64,000 bases of DNA. It comes from Malacoraja senta. Its lineage: Eukaryota. The notes beneath the pieces were generated by a model. It worked only from the letters and a program-made list of their open reading frames with translations, was not told the origin of the DNA and searched no databases. Where the stretch lies: positions 2,544,001 through 2,608,000 of the forward strand of contig CM075992.1 of the NCBI GenBank assembly GCA_038087875.1. The letters run 5' to 3'. The position numbers were made by a program, and so were the translations under genes. This document shows, piece by piece, positions 13,369 to 26,232 of the stretch (position 1 is the first letter of the stretch; each line of letters begins with the position of its first letter).

Positions 13369-13956
13369 TAACATTCAGTGCAAGATAAAGTCTGATTAAA
13401 GGTAGTCCGGAAACTAGAGTATGAAAAGGTATTCATCGAATCATTAAATAATCAACAAAATACAATGAGTTATAGGCAAACAGCTTGTTACAAGACACTG
13501 GATAAGGGTCTCGACCCAAAACGTCACCTATCCCTATTCTCCAGAGATGCTGCCTGACCCGCTGAGTTACTCCAGCTTTTTGTGTGTACCAATATCGTGG
13601 TTGGAAAAAGCAACACGATGGAATGGAATACTTTATTGTCACATGTGACAAGGCACAGTGAAATATGTAACACAGTATGCAAATAGCGGCCACCTACTGT
13701 CGCGTAGTCGTAGGAGGTCGTACACATAGTCGTGGAAGGTCGTAGGAGGTCGTAGGTTACAGCGACCTTGATTTTTTTTTTAGGTTGTTTAAGGTCGTCA
13801 GAAGTCGCGAATTAGGTCGTGAAAGTGGGACAGGGGCTTACGGCTCCTCCTTTGTTCTCCCACACCCTTTGTCCCCCTTTGTTCTCCCCCAACCAACTCA
13901 CAGCGGTTCCTCCATTGTCCATTGTTCTGCCCCTCACCCCTCTCCCCCACGCCGGC

Positions 13957-14156
13957 NNNNNNNNNNNNNNNNNNNNNNNNNNNNNNNNNNNNNNNNNNNN
14001 NNNNNNNNNNNNNNNNNNNNNNNNNNNNNNNNNNNNNNNNNNNNNNNNNNNNNNNNNNNNNNNNNNNNNNNNNNNNNNNNNNNNNNNNNNNNNNNNNNNN
14101 NNNNNNNNNNNNNNNNNNNNNNNNNNNNNNNNNNNNNNNNNNNNNNNNNNNNNNNN
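13957..14156. other. Assembly gap (200 N)
   Basis: Run of exactly 200 N. Confidence 1.
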
Positions 14157-15846
14157 CAGATGCTGGTTTATACCGAAGATAGACACAAAGTGCTGGAGTA
14201 ACTCAGCGGGTCAGGCAGCTTCTATGGAGAAAAAGGATGGGTGAAGTTTTGGGTCGAGACCATTCTTCTGCCTGACTCGCTGAGTTACTCCAGTACTTTA
14301 TGCCTGTCATCAGTACTAATCCCATATGTCACCTAGTTCTCTACTCCACATTTTCCTGGGCACATAAAGCCCAGCCAAAGGGCAACACATACTGCAGTCT
14401 ATCTGGCTGCTTCTTTGCACTCTACGTAACAAGTGGAAGACAGAACAGCAGTTAATGCCAACATTTTTCAGAGATCTAGGAACTATGGTCAATGGTATGG
14501 CTGACAATGACCGAGATGAGAATTTTTTTTTTCACACAGAGTGGTGAATCTGTGGAATTCTCTGCCACAGAACGTAGTTGAGGCCAGTTCATTGGCTATA
14601 TTTAAGAGGGAGTTAGATGTGGCCCTTGTGGCTAAAGGGATCAGGGGGTATGGAGAGAAGGCAGGTACAGGATACTGAGTTGGATGATCAGCCATGATCA
14701 TATTGAATGGCTGTGCAGGCTCGAAGGGCCGAATGGCCTACTCCTGCACCTATTTTCTATGTTTCTATGACTAGGATCTATAGTCAAAGTTCAATAATTG
14801 GAATATGATGTTCTGTTCTCTCCCTCTTGCTAAGAAGTAGCCAGATAGTCAGCAGTATGTGTTGCTCCTTGACTGGGTTTCATCTCCCTGCATTACCCTT
14901 CCCAATGGCTGAATGCAATGCTAGGTGCTGAACAGGCTTTAATAGGGAGTACTTTGGACTTGATCACTGAACACCTCTGCAAGTAAAAAGATTGCTACAA
15001 TTCAGTCCATCATTGCACAGATCACTATGTAGGGGTGGGAGATGGTGTGGTGATGAAATGGGGAGCGATACATGGTGTTGGAAGGAACAGCAGATGCTGG
15101 TTTAAATCGAAGATAGACACAAAATGCTGGAGTAACTCAGCGGGACAGGCAGCATCTCTGGAGAGAAGGAATGGGTGACATTTCGGGTCGAGACCCTTCT
15201 TCAGACATGAAGACCCTTCTTCAGATCCATGGTGTTGGTGGGTCAAGTTACAGATTGCAGGAACAGGCCTTAATATGGAGGTCAAATCAAGTCACATTTA
15301 TTTATATAGCCCATTTAAAAAACAACTCTCGTTGGCCAAAGTGCTTTACATTTGTTATAAGAATAATATAAACAAACAAACTACATACATATATACATAT
15401 AGCCCTCGCTCAGAGGACGTCAAGAAAGGCTTGGGAGTATAGATACGTTTTTAGTCTTGACTTAAAGGAGTCGATGGAGGGGGCAGTTCTGATGGGAAGG
15501 GGGCTGCAACCGCAAAGGCGCGGTCGCCCCTGAGCTAATTGCCTAGACCACGGGATATTCAGCAACCCCCAAGTCAGCCGATCTGAGGGACTTGGAGGTG
15601 GTGTGGTGGGTGAGCAGACTTTTAATGTACGTGGGGGCAAGCCCATTGAGGGCTTTGTAGACATAGAGGAGGATCTTGAAATGTATACGGAACCGCACAG
15701 GGAGGTGATGCAGCACATGGCCACCTGAGGGCAAAATTATTTCTCTATTGATCGTGGTGTGAGTTTTCTCAAGCTCTGACTGCCATTCATCAGTGATATC
15801 TCTCTCTTTTCATCAACTGTGTGACATCTTGTTTCTTTCGCTGCAG

Positions 15847-15972
15847 ATGTCTGTTCTGAAGATGAAGTTGAAGAAGCAGTCGGCAGTGACTGGAGACGGG
15901 GTGTCCCATGCTTTTCTGAGGACGCAAGCTGCAATCTTTGGAAGCTACCAGGATGCCCTCGAGTTCAATCCT
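15847..15972 (+). CDS. DENND1C: DENND1C coding exon
   Basis: cag|...|gtgagt; MSVLKMKLKKQSAVTGDGVSHAFLRTQAAIFGSYQDALEFNP. Confidence 0.95.
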
Positions 15973-16910
15973 GTGAGTGTCCAGGATGGGTTAGAGTCAG
16001 TCCAGTTTAGTTTCTTGTCGCGAGGACTGAGGTGCAGTGAAAAGCTTTTGTCGCGTGCTAACCAGTCAGCGGAAAGACAATGCATGAGTCGGGCCCAACT
16101 GCATGCACCATGCATGCGGCCTAGCACGCACACACACTGACCATTCCCTTGGGTGTCCTCCTCCACTGATGCTGAGGACAACTCAACCGAGGAATGAGGA
16201 AGGTGTGGACCAAGCTAGATACTTTAAGAGCTACAATGAAGTAAATCTCAATGCAAGCAATGAGACCACAAACCTGGCCTTTAGATGCCTTTAAACAACA
16301 GGGAGTGATTTTGTGAGACAAAGTTACACAGTTTAGAGGAGGGTCAAGATGGTGTAATAGCTGTGATGATGAGGGGGATACAACACGATACAATAGAAGT
16401 TTATTTATCCCAGGAGAGAAATTGATCTGCCAACAGTCATAAAAACACAAAATACATGAAATTAAAGTGACGAGTGGAAAGGATTGGGGATGTGCAAAGA
16501 TTGGGGTGGAGGGTGGGGAGGGGAGGAGAATCCGTCTACCCTACGACAGAATGAGACAATCTGTGGAGACGTCAGAAGTTCTATGAGCATAATAATGGCC
16601 ATTTGGCCCATCAGGTCTAGGCCGCCATTCACTCGTGGCTGATCTATCTTCCGCTCTCAACCCCATTCTCCTGCCTTCACCCCATAACCCCTGACATCCC
16701 ACACCCGAGAGACAGTGAGGCTCAAGAATGGAAGGCTAGGAAGTTTTGGTTTATAATTGTCACGTGTACCGAGATTCAGTGAAAAGCTGTGTTTTGCATG
16801 TTATGCAAACGGATCAGATTTACTATCAATCTCCAAAGCATGACTGAAAATAGAAAGAAGAATATGAAGTGGGGAATTGAAATGGCCTCCTGCAGCATCT
16901 TGTTCTAGAC

Positions 16911-17116
16911 CAGGGGTTCCCAACCTTGTTCGTCCCGTTTACCCCCGGCAACTTTAATAGCACATCACAATGTTATTTCTCTTATTTAAGAACAACTAAT
17001 GGTGAACAGATACCGGAACCAAACACAGTCAGTCAATGAGAAAACATATGTACAAATCCAGAATTGACAAATTTACCCCTGGGGGGGGTAAATATACCCT
17101 AGGTTGGGAACCCTTG
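16911..17116. mobile_element. hAT (Charlie-like) MITE
   Basis: TIR caggggttcccaacct / aggttgggaacccttg; 8-bp TSD ttctagac. Confidence 0.85.
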
Positions 17117-17609
17117 TTCTAGACTGAGAGAAGCACCCCCTACATGGTCTGGAATAGGAGGCATCCCGCACGGGATCACTCCCTGATACTGTATATTGAA
17201 TATAGATACCTTGTGAAGTGATGAGACGCCACTATGTGTTGGATCATCACTTTTCCTACAATTCAACATGAAGTTGTTTTTTTAAGTCATAGTCTGTTGA
17301 CTCTCTGTGACAGCTAAGGCGGAGAAAAGTATCACACAATGTTGATGATGTTGTGATGCAGAAAAGTTATGAAAATGAACTGAACTTTCCAAAGGGAAAT
17401 GCGCAAATAGTTAAAACGTGAAAGTTTGCAACCTAACGGGAATGTTCGGAGAAGTGGGGCTAATTGTGGACCTCTTTCAAAAGAGCTGGCAAGGACTCAA
17501 TGGGTTTAATGGTACTGTGGCCTCTGACTGACACTATTTAAGGCAGCCATAAAGAAAGATAGGAGTGAAGGTGAAGCTGCTGGTGCATGTTTTCTTTCTG
17601 TCTGCTCAG

Positions 17610-17711
17610 GGGGAACCAGTTACGTTTTGCGAGGAGACATTTCTGAGCCACAAAGCGAGCTCGATGAAGAACTTCCTGCAGCACGCTGTGCACCTTCAGC
17701 TGTTCAAACAG
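17610..17711 (+). CDS. DENND1C: DENND1C coding exon (dDENN)
   Basis: GEPVTFCEETFLSHKASSMKNFLQHAVHLQLFKQ; canonical splice sites. Confidence 0.95.
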
Positions 17712-18982
17712 GTGAGGCTTCCTGAGAGGCAGAGACCAGAGGTCTATCCCGATCGCAATCTTGTTCAGGCTCATTGGTGCCACTCTCCGTCCAACACTCG
17801 GCACGGTGGCGCTGCCTTAGAGCGCTTGCAGCGCCGGAGACACGGGTTCGATCCCGACTACGGGTGCTGTCTGTACGGAGTTTGTACGTTCTCCCCATGA
17901 CCTGGTAGACAAAAGTGCTGGAGAAACTCAGCGGGTGCAGCAGCATCTATGGAGCGAAGGAAATAGGCAACGTTTCGGGCCGAAACCCTTCTTCAGTCTG
18001 AAGGCTGAGTTTCTCCAGCACCTTTGTCTACCTTCGATTTTCCAGCATCTGCAGTTCCTTCTTAAACACTCCCCATGACCTGCGTGAGTTTTCACTGAGA
18101 TCTTCTGTTTCCTCCAATACTCCAAAGACATGCAGGTTTGTAGGTAAATTGGCTTGGTAAATGTAAAAATTGTCCCTAGTGTATGTGTAGGATGGTGTTA
18201 ATATGCGGGGATCGCTGGTCGGCGCGGACTCAGTGGGCCTGTTTCTGCACTGTTTCTCTAAACTAAACACTCCCTCAGTGATGCTGACAATATTCAAGTC
18301 CTCACATTTCCAGCACAGAAAACAATTATTCAGTTCAACTTGGGTATTCCAGCTACATTCTAGAACAATCCCTAAATAATCCCACTGTGTTGTCTTCCTT
18401 TATCCTTCATCCTTCCTTTATAGAGTCATGGAGTGATGCAGTGTGGAAACAGGCCCTCCAGCTCAACTTGCCCAACATGTACCAGCCGCACTAGTCCCAC
18501 CTACCTGCATTTGGCCCATATCCCTCCAAACCTGTCCTATCCATGTACCAAATCCTTATGCGTACTTGTCCTGTTTTTCAAGATTTAATGGTCTCTGCCT
18601 AAAGATTTAGAGGGATGTAGGCCTAGATGGGACATGAAATGAGTCCGAAGAAGGGTCTCGACACGAAATGTCACCCATTCCGTTTAACCAGAGATACTGC
18701 CTGTCCCGCTGAGCTACTCCAGCATTTTGTGTCTATTCTAGATGAGACATGTTGGGCGGTGTAGAAAAACATCCAGCAACCCCACGAGCAAAGAAACTTC
18801 CCTTCTCTCTCAAAGCCACTTTTACATTTGAACACCTCACACTGACCTCCCTCTCTTCCTCCCAGATCCATGTAATCAAAGGAAATGGCCTTAACCATTT
18901 AAATCCATTCAATCTGCCATTAATTCTTCTTTTTCTCTTTTCTCCGCTGCTCTGCTCACATTCTTCTTTCATTTTGATTCAG

Positions 18983-19073
18983 TTTATAGATAATCGGTTG
19001 GAAAAGCTTAACGAGGGCAAAGTGTTGACAGATGTATTCGAGGAGGAGGTTAATCTGGGCGGTTATTCTTCAG
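18983..19073 (+). CDS. DENND1C: DENND1C coding exon
   Basis: FIDNRLEKLNEGKVLTDVFEEEVNLGGYSS(G); cag|...|gtgag. Confidence 0.95.
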
Positions 19074-19198
19074 GTGAGGGCTGAGCATCGAGAGTGAGTT
19101 CTCACACGAACCAACGCAGGTATCGAGCTGCTTCCCTCCGCCGGCCCTTCCCTTCACATCGGTGAGCATTAACTTTGTGTCCCTGCTCATTCCCCTAG

Positions 19199-19239
19199 GC
19201 TCATCCAAGATGTATCAGCTATGGAAGCAAAACGTAAAG
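19199..19239 (+). CDS. DENND1C: DENND1C coding exon
   Basis: 41 nt, phase 1 to 0; (G)SSKMYQLWKQNVK. Confidence 0.9.
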
Positions 19240-19917
19240 GTAAATGGAAACCTCCCTACTGTTGATTAAAAACTGACAGTGTTGATCGGACACAGGGTTG
19301 GGGCACTCACAGAGGGGAAATAGAGATGCGTGGAGTAAAGGGGAAGAGAGCGAGGGCAAGAGCTAGAGATAGATAGTTTCTTGATTAGTACGGGTGTCGG
19401 GGGTTATGGGGAGAAGGCAGGAGAATGGGGCGGGGAGAGAGAGATAGATCATCCATGATTGAATTGTGGCATGGAATTAATGGGCCAAATGGCCTTATTC
19501 TACTCCTATAACTTGCGTATTTATGAGATGTGAATGGTAGGAACAAAAGTGCAGGGAGGATGGAGGGAAAATGTGGAAAGAAGGGAAAGGAGAAGATGGT
19601 GTGTGGAGCTCAAGAGGAGAAACAAGGGAGGGACAGGGTATTGGGAGGAAAGAGAGTAACCTGATGTGGAAGACGTATGCATTGGTACAGAGATACCACC
19701 TATTTACAAGAGCTGAGGGCAGTTTTGGCCGAATGGATGGTGATGAGAGTCTAAACATATTTAATCCCAGGGGTTTACTCCAGTGGAGAGAGTGAAATAC
19801 CTGAAACTTGTGAAGCTGAAACCTGGAGAATGGAGAAAGTTAATAAGTTTGGAGGAATGTGGGAGCTTAATGATGAAGTGAGACCTGACATTTGAACAAT
19901 TCACTGTTTATGTGCAG

Positions 19918-19989
19918 AGAGGTGGCGGGGCCCTGATCCACACAGTGAAAACTAAAGCCAATCCAGCTATGAAGAACATGTATAACTTT
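19918..19989 (+). CDS. DENND1C: DENND1C coding exon
   Basis: RGGGALIHTVKTKANPAMKNMYNF; cag|...|gtaagt. Confidence 0.95.
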
Positions 19990-20684
19990 GTAAGTACTGA
20001 GGAACTACTGGAGCCTTCACACTACGGGGTCACCGTGACTCCTGACATCAAAGAGCTGTTTCAATGGGCTAATGGCCAGGAGTGTTTACAACTGGCTGCT
20101 GTGGCGATCTGAAAAATAGTGCAATCTCTCAGCCTGAAACAACTCATCATTACTTACATCAAAGAACTTGCAATTCACAATCTCGGATGTTCAGCCAGCA
20201 ATGCATTTTTGAAGTGTTCAGGACCTTGCACTAAAGGAAGTACAGTCAAGAATCCGACAAACATTTAGTTTAGAAACCAAATGCTGGAGTAAATCAACGG
20301 GCCAGGCAGCATCTCTGGATAGAAGGAATGGGTGACGTTTCAGGTCCAGACCCTTCTTCAGGGGTTTAAGAAGGAACTGCAGATGCTGGAAAATCGGCCC
20401 GAAATGTTGCCTAATTCCTTCGCTCCATAGATGCTGCTGCACCCGCTGAGTTTCTCCAGCACTTTTGTCTACCTTCTTCAGGGGTTATGGGGAGAAGGCA
20501 GGAGAATGGGATTGAGAGGGAAAGATAGATCAGCCATGATTGAATGGCAGAGTAGACTTGATGGGCCGAATGGCATTATTCTGCTCCTATAACTTAGGAA
20601 CTTATGAATTTATGAGACCTGAATGGGAGGAATAAAAGTGCAGGGCTGAAGAAGGGTCTCGACCTGAACATTCTTTCTAAATTC

Positions 20685-21097
20685 CATATTCACTGGAATT
20701 TAGGATGAGAGGGAACTTATAGAAACATGTAAAATTCTTCAGGGTTGGACAGGCTAGATGCAGGAAAAATGTTCCTGATGTTGGGGGAGTCCAGAACCAG
20801 GGGTCACAGTTTAAGAATAAGGGGTAGGCCATTTAGGACTGAGATGAGGAAAAACATTTTCAGCCAGAGAGTTGTGAATCTGTGGAATTCTCTGCCACAG
20901 AAGGCAGTGGAGGCCAATTCACTATGTATTCAAGAGAGAGTTAGATTTAGCTCTTGGGGCTAACGGTATCAAGGGATATGGGGAGAAAACAGGAACAGGG
21001 CACTGATTGTGGATGATCAGCCATGATCATATTGAATGGTGGTGCTGGCTCGTAGGGCTGAATGGCCTGCTCCTGCACCTATTGTTTATGTTTCTAT
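20685..21097 (+). mobile_element. CR1 3' fragment (representative; others at about 1165, 5540, 12098, 14511, 25460, 38684, 39388, 45705, 55890, 58417)
   Basis: Matches the 3' end of the 34.5-38.1 kb LINE (RTRGHSLRI...FSQRVVNLWNSLP plus UTR). Confidence 0.85.
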
Positions 21098-21779
21098 GAA
21101 TGTATGATGTTTAAGCCCAATATTTCACTTGGTTAGCTTACAACCCAGCGGTTTCAAGAACAGTCACTCCAATTTCAGAGGGACTGGGAGGATTTGTCCT
21201 TTAGACCACACAAGGTTGATTTAATAGAAGCAAGTTGGTCCAAACAAGTTATCAAAAACAATCAGAGTGGCATGAGGAAAATCCTCCCTATATAGCAGGT
21301 GAGCACAATCTGTAGGTTAAGTCTGAGGATGTTGAGTGAGGAAACCAGCATTGGTACTAAGCTTTTTCTTCCTGTATGATGGAAACTGGTTCAGTTTTTC
21401 TTCCGAAGTACTTGTGGGCGAAAAATATTACAAGGCTGCAGAGAACAAAAATCAGAGAGAAGGATTGTGCACTTATTTTTTTGTAACGAGCGAAAGGGGG
21501 AACTCAATGACTAACTTACCTCTTGCCATGCTCAAACAAATTTATAATCTTCTTGTAAATGGAAACTCGTTTGTTGGAAGACATGAGTGCTGTTTTGCCA
21601 ACGGAACAATAAAGATAAGATTTGGAGATAGAAGAGTGAGGGAGGAGAGGGTGAATTAGAAGATTGCAGATGAGAAGATGAGGACCATGGATCAATGGTG
21701 ATGGAATCAGGGGCCGAGAGAGGATGAGTCAATGGTTTTTGAGATACAGAAATATTAATGCTGTCATTATTATTTCCAG

Positions 21780-21836
21780 GCTAAAGGTCAAGCTAAATTG
21801 GGCTTCAAAGGGATGAAAATTCGTCTGAAGCACAAG
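21780..21836 (+). CDS. DENND1C: DENND1C coding exon
   Basis: AKGQAKLGFKGMKIRLKHK; ccag|...|gtact. Confidence 0.92.
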
Positions 21837-22529
21837 GTACTGGTGACGCCATCATTTAACCTTTTTTTCCCCTCTTATGCAAGTAATCTTACAACTTTTT
21901 CGTAAATCCCCATCCGAGCTTTAACAAGTTGTTAACATGACTCCGGGATTTTCTTACAACTTGCCCACAGTCCAGTCCATGAATGGTTAATTGGCCTTGG
22001 TATAAATTGGCCCTAGTGTGTAGTGTGTGCTAGTGTAATGGGGATCACTGGTCAGCATGGACTCGGTGGGGCGAATGGCCTGTTTGCACACTGTATCTCT
22101 AAACTAGACACTCCCTTTCCTCAACAATATGTTGTCCTTCACCATCACTTGAAGACAGGCGTTCAGCTTCCCAAGTATTCAGATGTCGCCCATCTCCTCC
22201 ATCACCTCTGCATTGTTCAACGTCCAATCCTAGATGAGCTGCCGTTCCCTCCATTAAATGTTTGAAAGATTGAACCCATTGCCGTCACTCTTTGCTACAA
22301 ATGCTATGTTCTCTCCCCTCCCTCGTTGGTTACAACCGAATGAATGAATGAATATGTTTATTGGCCAACTAGGTACACATACAAGGAATTTGCCTTGGTG
22401 CTCCGCTCGCAAGTCACTGAAGCCAAACAAGGCACTAACTTCCAGCCTATTATCTGTTCAGTCAGGAAGGTTGCCTACCTGCCCATCTCAGCTTGTGCTG
22501 AAACACTCTCAAGTGTGTTTTTATTAGTC

Positions 22530-23222
22530 GTCAAGTCACATTTATTTATATAGCACATTTAAAAAACAACTCTCGTTGGCCAAAGTGCTTTACATTTGTT
22601 ATAAGAATAGCACAAACAAAACAAACTACATACATATATACATGTAGCCCTCACTCAGAGGACGTCATGAAAGGCTTGGGAGAAAAGATAAGTCTTGACT
22701 TAAAAGAGTCGATGGAGGGGGCAGTTCTAATGGGAAAGGGGATGCTGTTCCACAGTCTAGGGGCTGCAACCGCAAAGGCGCGGTCGCCCCTGAGCTTATG
22801 CCTAGACCGTGGGACATTCAGCAACCCCAAGTCGGCCGATCTGAGGGGCCTGGAGGTGGAGTGGTGGGTGAGAAGACTTTTTATGTAGATGGGGGCTACA
22901 AAGCCCATTGAGGGCTTTGTAGACATGGAGGAGGATCTTGAAGTTTATACGGAACCGCACAGGGAGCCAGTGGAGAGAGTCCAGGATCGGGGTGATGTGG
23001 TCCCTTTTTCGGGTGCCCGTCAGGAGTCTCGCTGTGGCGTTTTGGACCAGTTGCAGGCGGGACAGGGAAGATTGGCTGATGCCAGTGTAGAGGGAGTTGC
23101 AGTAATCTAGGCGGGAGGAGATGAATGTGTGGATGATCTTTTCGAGGTCATCAAACTGGAGGAATTGTTTTATTTTAGCTATCGTCCGAAGCTGAAAGAA
23201 GCTAGCTTTTACCACGGCTATT
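22530..23222 (-). mobile_element. L2-clade LINE 3' fragment (shorter copy at about 15285-15720; related tails at about 3725, 40580, 59010)
   Basis: ISSRLDYCNSL...LQLVQN..ARLL...HITPIL..LHWLPV motif plus 3'UTR. Confidence 0.85.
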
Positions 23223-23684
23223 ACATCCTGGCTACTTCCTGTCCTCTGTAAAGTTTGTGTATCTGCGTTTGTAACTTGAAAGACAACCGCCTTTAATGCA
23301 TACAAGCCTAATGATATCGGCCACGGCTGTGTTTTAGTCTATGCCTGCCAGACTCATCACTGTGCAAACAAGATAGACACAAAATGCTGGAGTAACTCAA
23401 CGGGACAGGCAGCATCTCTGGAGAGAAGGAATGGGCGACGTTTCGGGTGAAGGGTCACCCATTCCTTCTCTCCAGAGATGCTGCCTGTCCCGCTGAGTTA
23501 CACCAACATTGTATGTCTATCTACGGTGTAAACCAGCATCTGCAGTTCCTTCCTGCACACTGTGGAAACGAGCAGTGTGTGAATGTGGAGGAGCCTAGCT
23601 TTGGCTTTCACCCTAGAGTCATAGATCGTCTTGTGGCCGTCTTGCAGCCAGGTGCCACGGTGCTGATTGCTGTTTGATTTCCAG

Positions 23685-23807
23685 GACCTGGGTGACGAAC
23701 AAGGGTTTCAGCGCGGTGGTTCGCTCAGGTATCAACCCGTCCATCAGCGGCACATCCAGACAGAGAGCTTACAGAACCGCCTACCAATCACCCAGCACTT
23801 TGGTCAA
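23685..23807 (+). CDS. DENND1C: DENND1C coding exon
   Basis: DLGDEQGFQRGGSLRYQPVHQRHIQTESLQNRLPITQHFGQ; 'QRGGSLR...RLPITQHFG' is DENND1C-like as recalled. Confidence 0.92.
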
Positions 23808-25242
23808 GTAAGGAGGCTCTATTATGGGGGCATTTGGACACCCAGCAAGAACAATCATCAGGCTTTCTGTCATCTGTATTTTCCTGATCTTGCTTTCCAA
23901 TATCCAAGTTCAATGCTGTTTTATTGCCTCACCAAACAACTTAATGTTGGCAATATACTCATTGGTAGTAAGTGATTTGACTGTGGAGAAGGCATCACAT
24001 AAGTTTCACTGTTTGTATCCCCTCATTATCACCTTTTATACAACCAACAATTGACCATTGTGGGCTCCACCCTTCCCTGATCATCAGTGCTGCCTTAGAT
24101 TTGTTCTTTTCATGCATTTCATTCTTTTATTTTTTGTAGCTTTTCATATCTCTAGATTCCCTCTCCCCCGACTCTCAGTCTGAAAAAGGGTCTCGACCCA
24201 AAACATCACCTATTCCTTCTCTCCAGAGATGCTGACTGACTCACTGATATACTCCGGCATTTCTGTTTCTATCTTTGGTGTAAACCTGCACTTCCTTCCT
24301 ACACAAGTCCTCAGCTCTGTTTCTGAGGAAAGATGCTTGGGTGCCAGCCAAGGGTGTGTGTTCTCAGCTATTTCTCCTTCATGATCTCTTTCGCTACAAG
24401 GCATTCTGAAGAGTTGTATTCCTGGGCGTCTGGCATTGGATAAAGGCAAGCTGTACCCCTGAAAATGACAAATTACCTCCAAAATTGTGATTGATGTGAG
24501 AGAAGAACTTCTCACCAACCTGACACGAGAATATTTTCCCAGGCTGGTCACCTTCCTGGTTCACGTTGGACAAAATTGCTGGAGAAACTCAGCGGATGAG
24601 GCAGCATCTATGGAGCGAAGGAATAGGTGACGTTTCGGGTCGAGACCCTTCTTCAGACCAACGTCACCTATTCCTTCGCTCCATAGATGCTGCCTCACCC
24701 GCTGAGTTTCTCCAGCATTTTTGCCTACCTTCGATTTTTCCAGCATCTGCAGTTCCTTCTTAAACATTCCTGGTTCACAAAATACTTACCTGAGAATATG
24801 GCTCCCAGATAAAGGCCAAGTAATGCCTTGGGTACCTGGAAGTCTGAATTTAATTTAACTTTATGGAGGGTTTGTATATGGAGAGTGGCACCGCAGCCTT
24901 GCAGCGCCAGGGACACGGGTTCGATGCTGACTATGGGCGCTGTCTATGCGGAGTTTGTACGTTCTCCCTGATTTCTCCTGGATCTCCAGTTTCCTCCCAC
25001 GCTCCAAAGACGTACAGGTTTGTAGGTTAATTGGCTTGGTATAATTGTAAATTGTCCCTAGTGTGTGTAGGATCGCTGGTTTATCTGTTTCCCCACTAAA
25101 CTAAACCATAAATATATCTTAAGTGGGTGGTTCCCCAGCTACAAGGTGCCATTGGTAAAGGTGGAATATTCTATCAGATGCATACATGTGGTGTACCAGC
25201 CCCTCCCCGCCCTGTTTCATTTTTCCACCATTTCTCCTCCAG

Positions 25243-25310
25243 TCTCGTCCTCGACGGCCAAATCGCCACTACACGAACATCGATGGATCCCTCTCCACTG
25301 AGACAGACAG
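25243..25310 (+). CDS. DENND1C: DENND1C coding exon
   Basis: Long polypyrimidine tract + ccag; SRPRRPNRHYTNIDGSLSTETD(R); phase 0 to 2. Confidence 0.85.
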
Positions 25311-26036
25311 GTAACATCTTCCTCTCCTTTCCCCTCAGGATGACCCACCTCTTCCCAGAGTACATACATCTTTGTTACCCTTGCACCCTGACCTATTGCC
25401 CGGGGCAGAAGCAGAGTCCTCTCCTATCATTGTCACATCAACAGGGAGGCACATCCATGTCTGTGGGATTCTCTGCCTCAGAGGGCGGTGGAGGCCGGTT
25501 CTCTGCATGCTTTCAAGAGAGAGCTGAATAGGGCTCTTAAAAATAGTGGAGTCAGGGGATATGTGGAAAGGGCAGGAACGGGGTACTGATTGGGGATGAT
25601 CAGCCATGATCACATTGAATTGCGGTGCTGGCTCGAAGGGCCAAATGGCCTACTCCTGCACCTATTGTCTATTGTCAATGTCCCCACCCCATGGCCTTTG
25701 GACTGAAGTTCCTCGTTCCATTGACATGAATATGGGGCCCACTGTTAAGGGGATTTAGTCACCATTTTTGTACTGGGGAAAGGGTATAGGTGACGTTTCG
25801 TGTCAAGACCCTTCATCAAAAGTCTGAAGAAGGGTCTGACCCGAAACGTCATCCATTCCTTCTCTCCAGAGATGCTGCCTGTCCCGCCGAGTTACTCCAG
25901 CATTTTGCGTCTATCTTTGGTGTAAACCAGCATCTGCAGTTCCTCCCTGCACACAATGTTTGTCACTTATCTGCCCGACGTCCTCTGAAACTTACAATCC
26001 TACTACTGATGCTGTTCATTTGCTTGACTTGTGCAG

Positions 26037-26232
26037 GTCCACCTGTGATGAAGATGAGCAGGACAGCTCCCTGGACACAGTCAGTGATGAGCTCCTGCAG
26101 ATAGAGGATATGGACCTGCTCGGGGAAATCTTCGATACCCTCAGCACTCAGACAGCTCATGACAAGGGCCTCCTGTACGGGACCCGCAGCCTCGACTTCT
26201 TCAACCTGGACTCCATGGAGGACATCCGCAGG
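26037..26232 (+). CDS. DENND1C: DENND1C coding exon
   Basis: STCDEDEQ...EDMDLLGEIFDTLS...GTRSLDFF...IRR; conserved DLLGE and SLDF motifs. Confidence 0.92.

Noticed and set aside
13785..14244. ORFs spanning the N run
   Set aside because: Artefacts of the assembly gap
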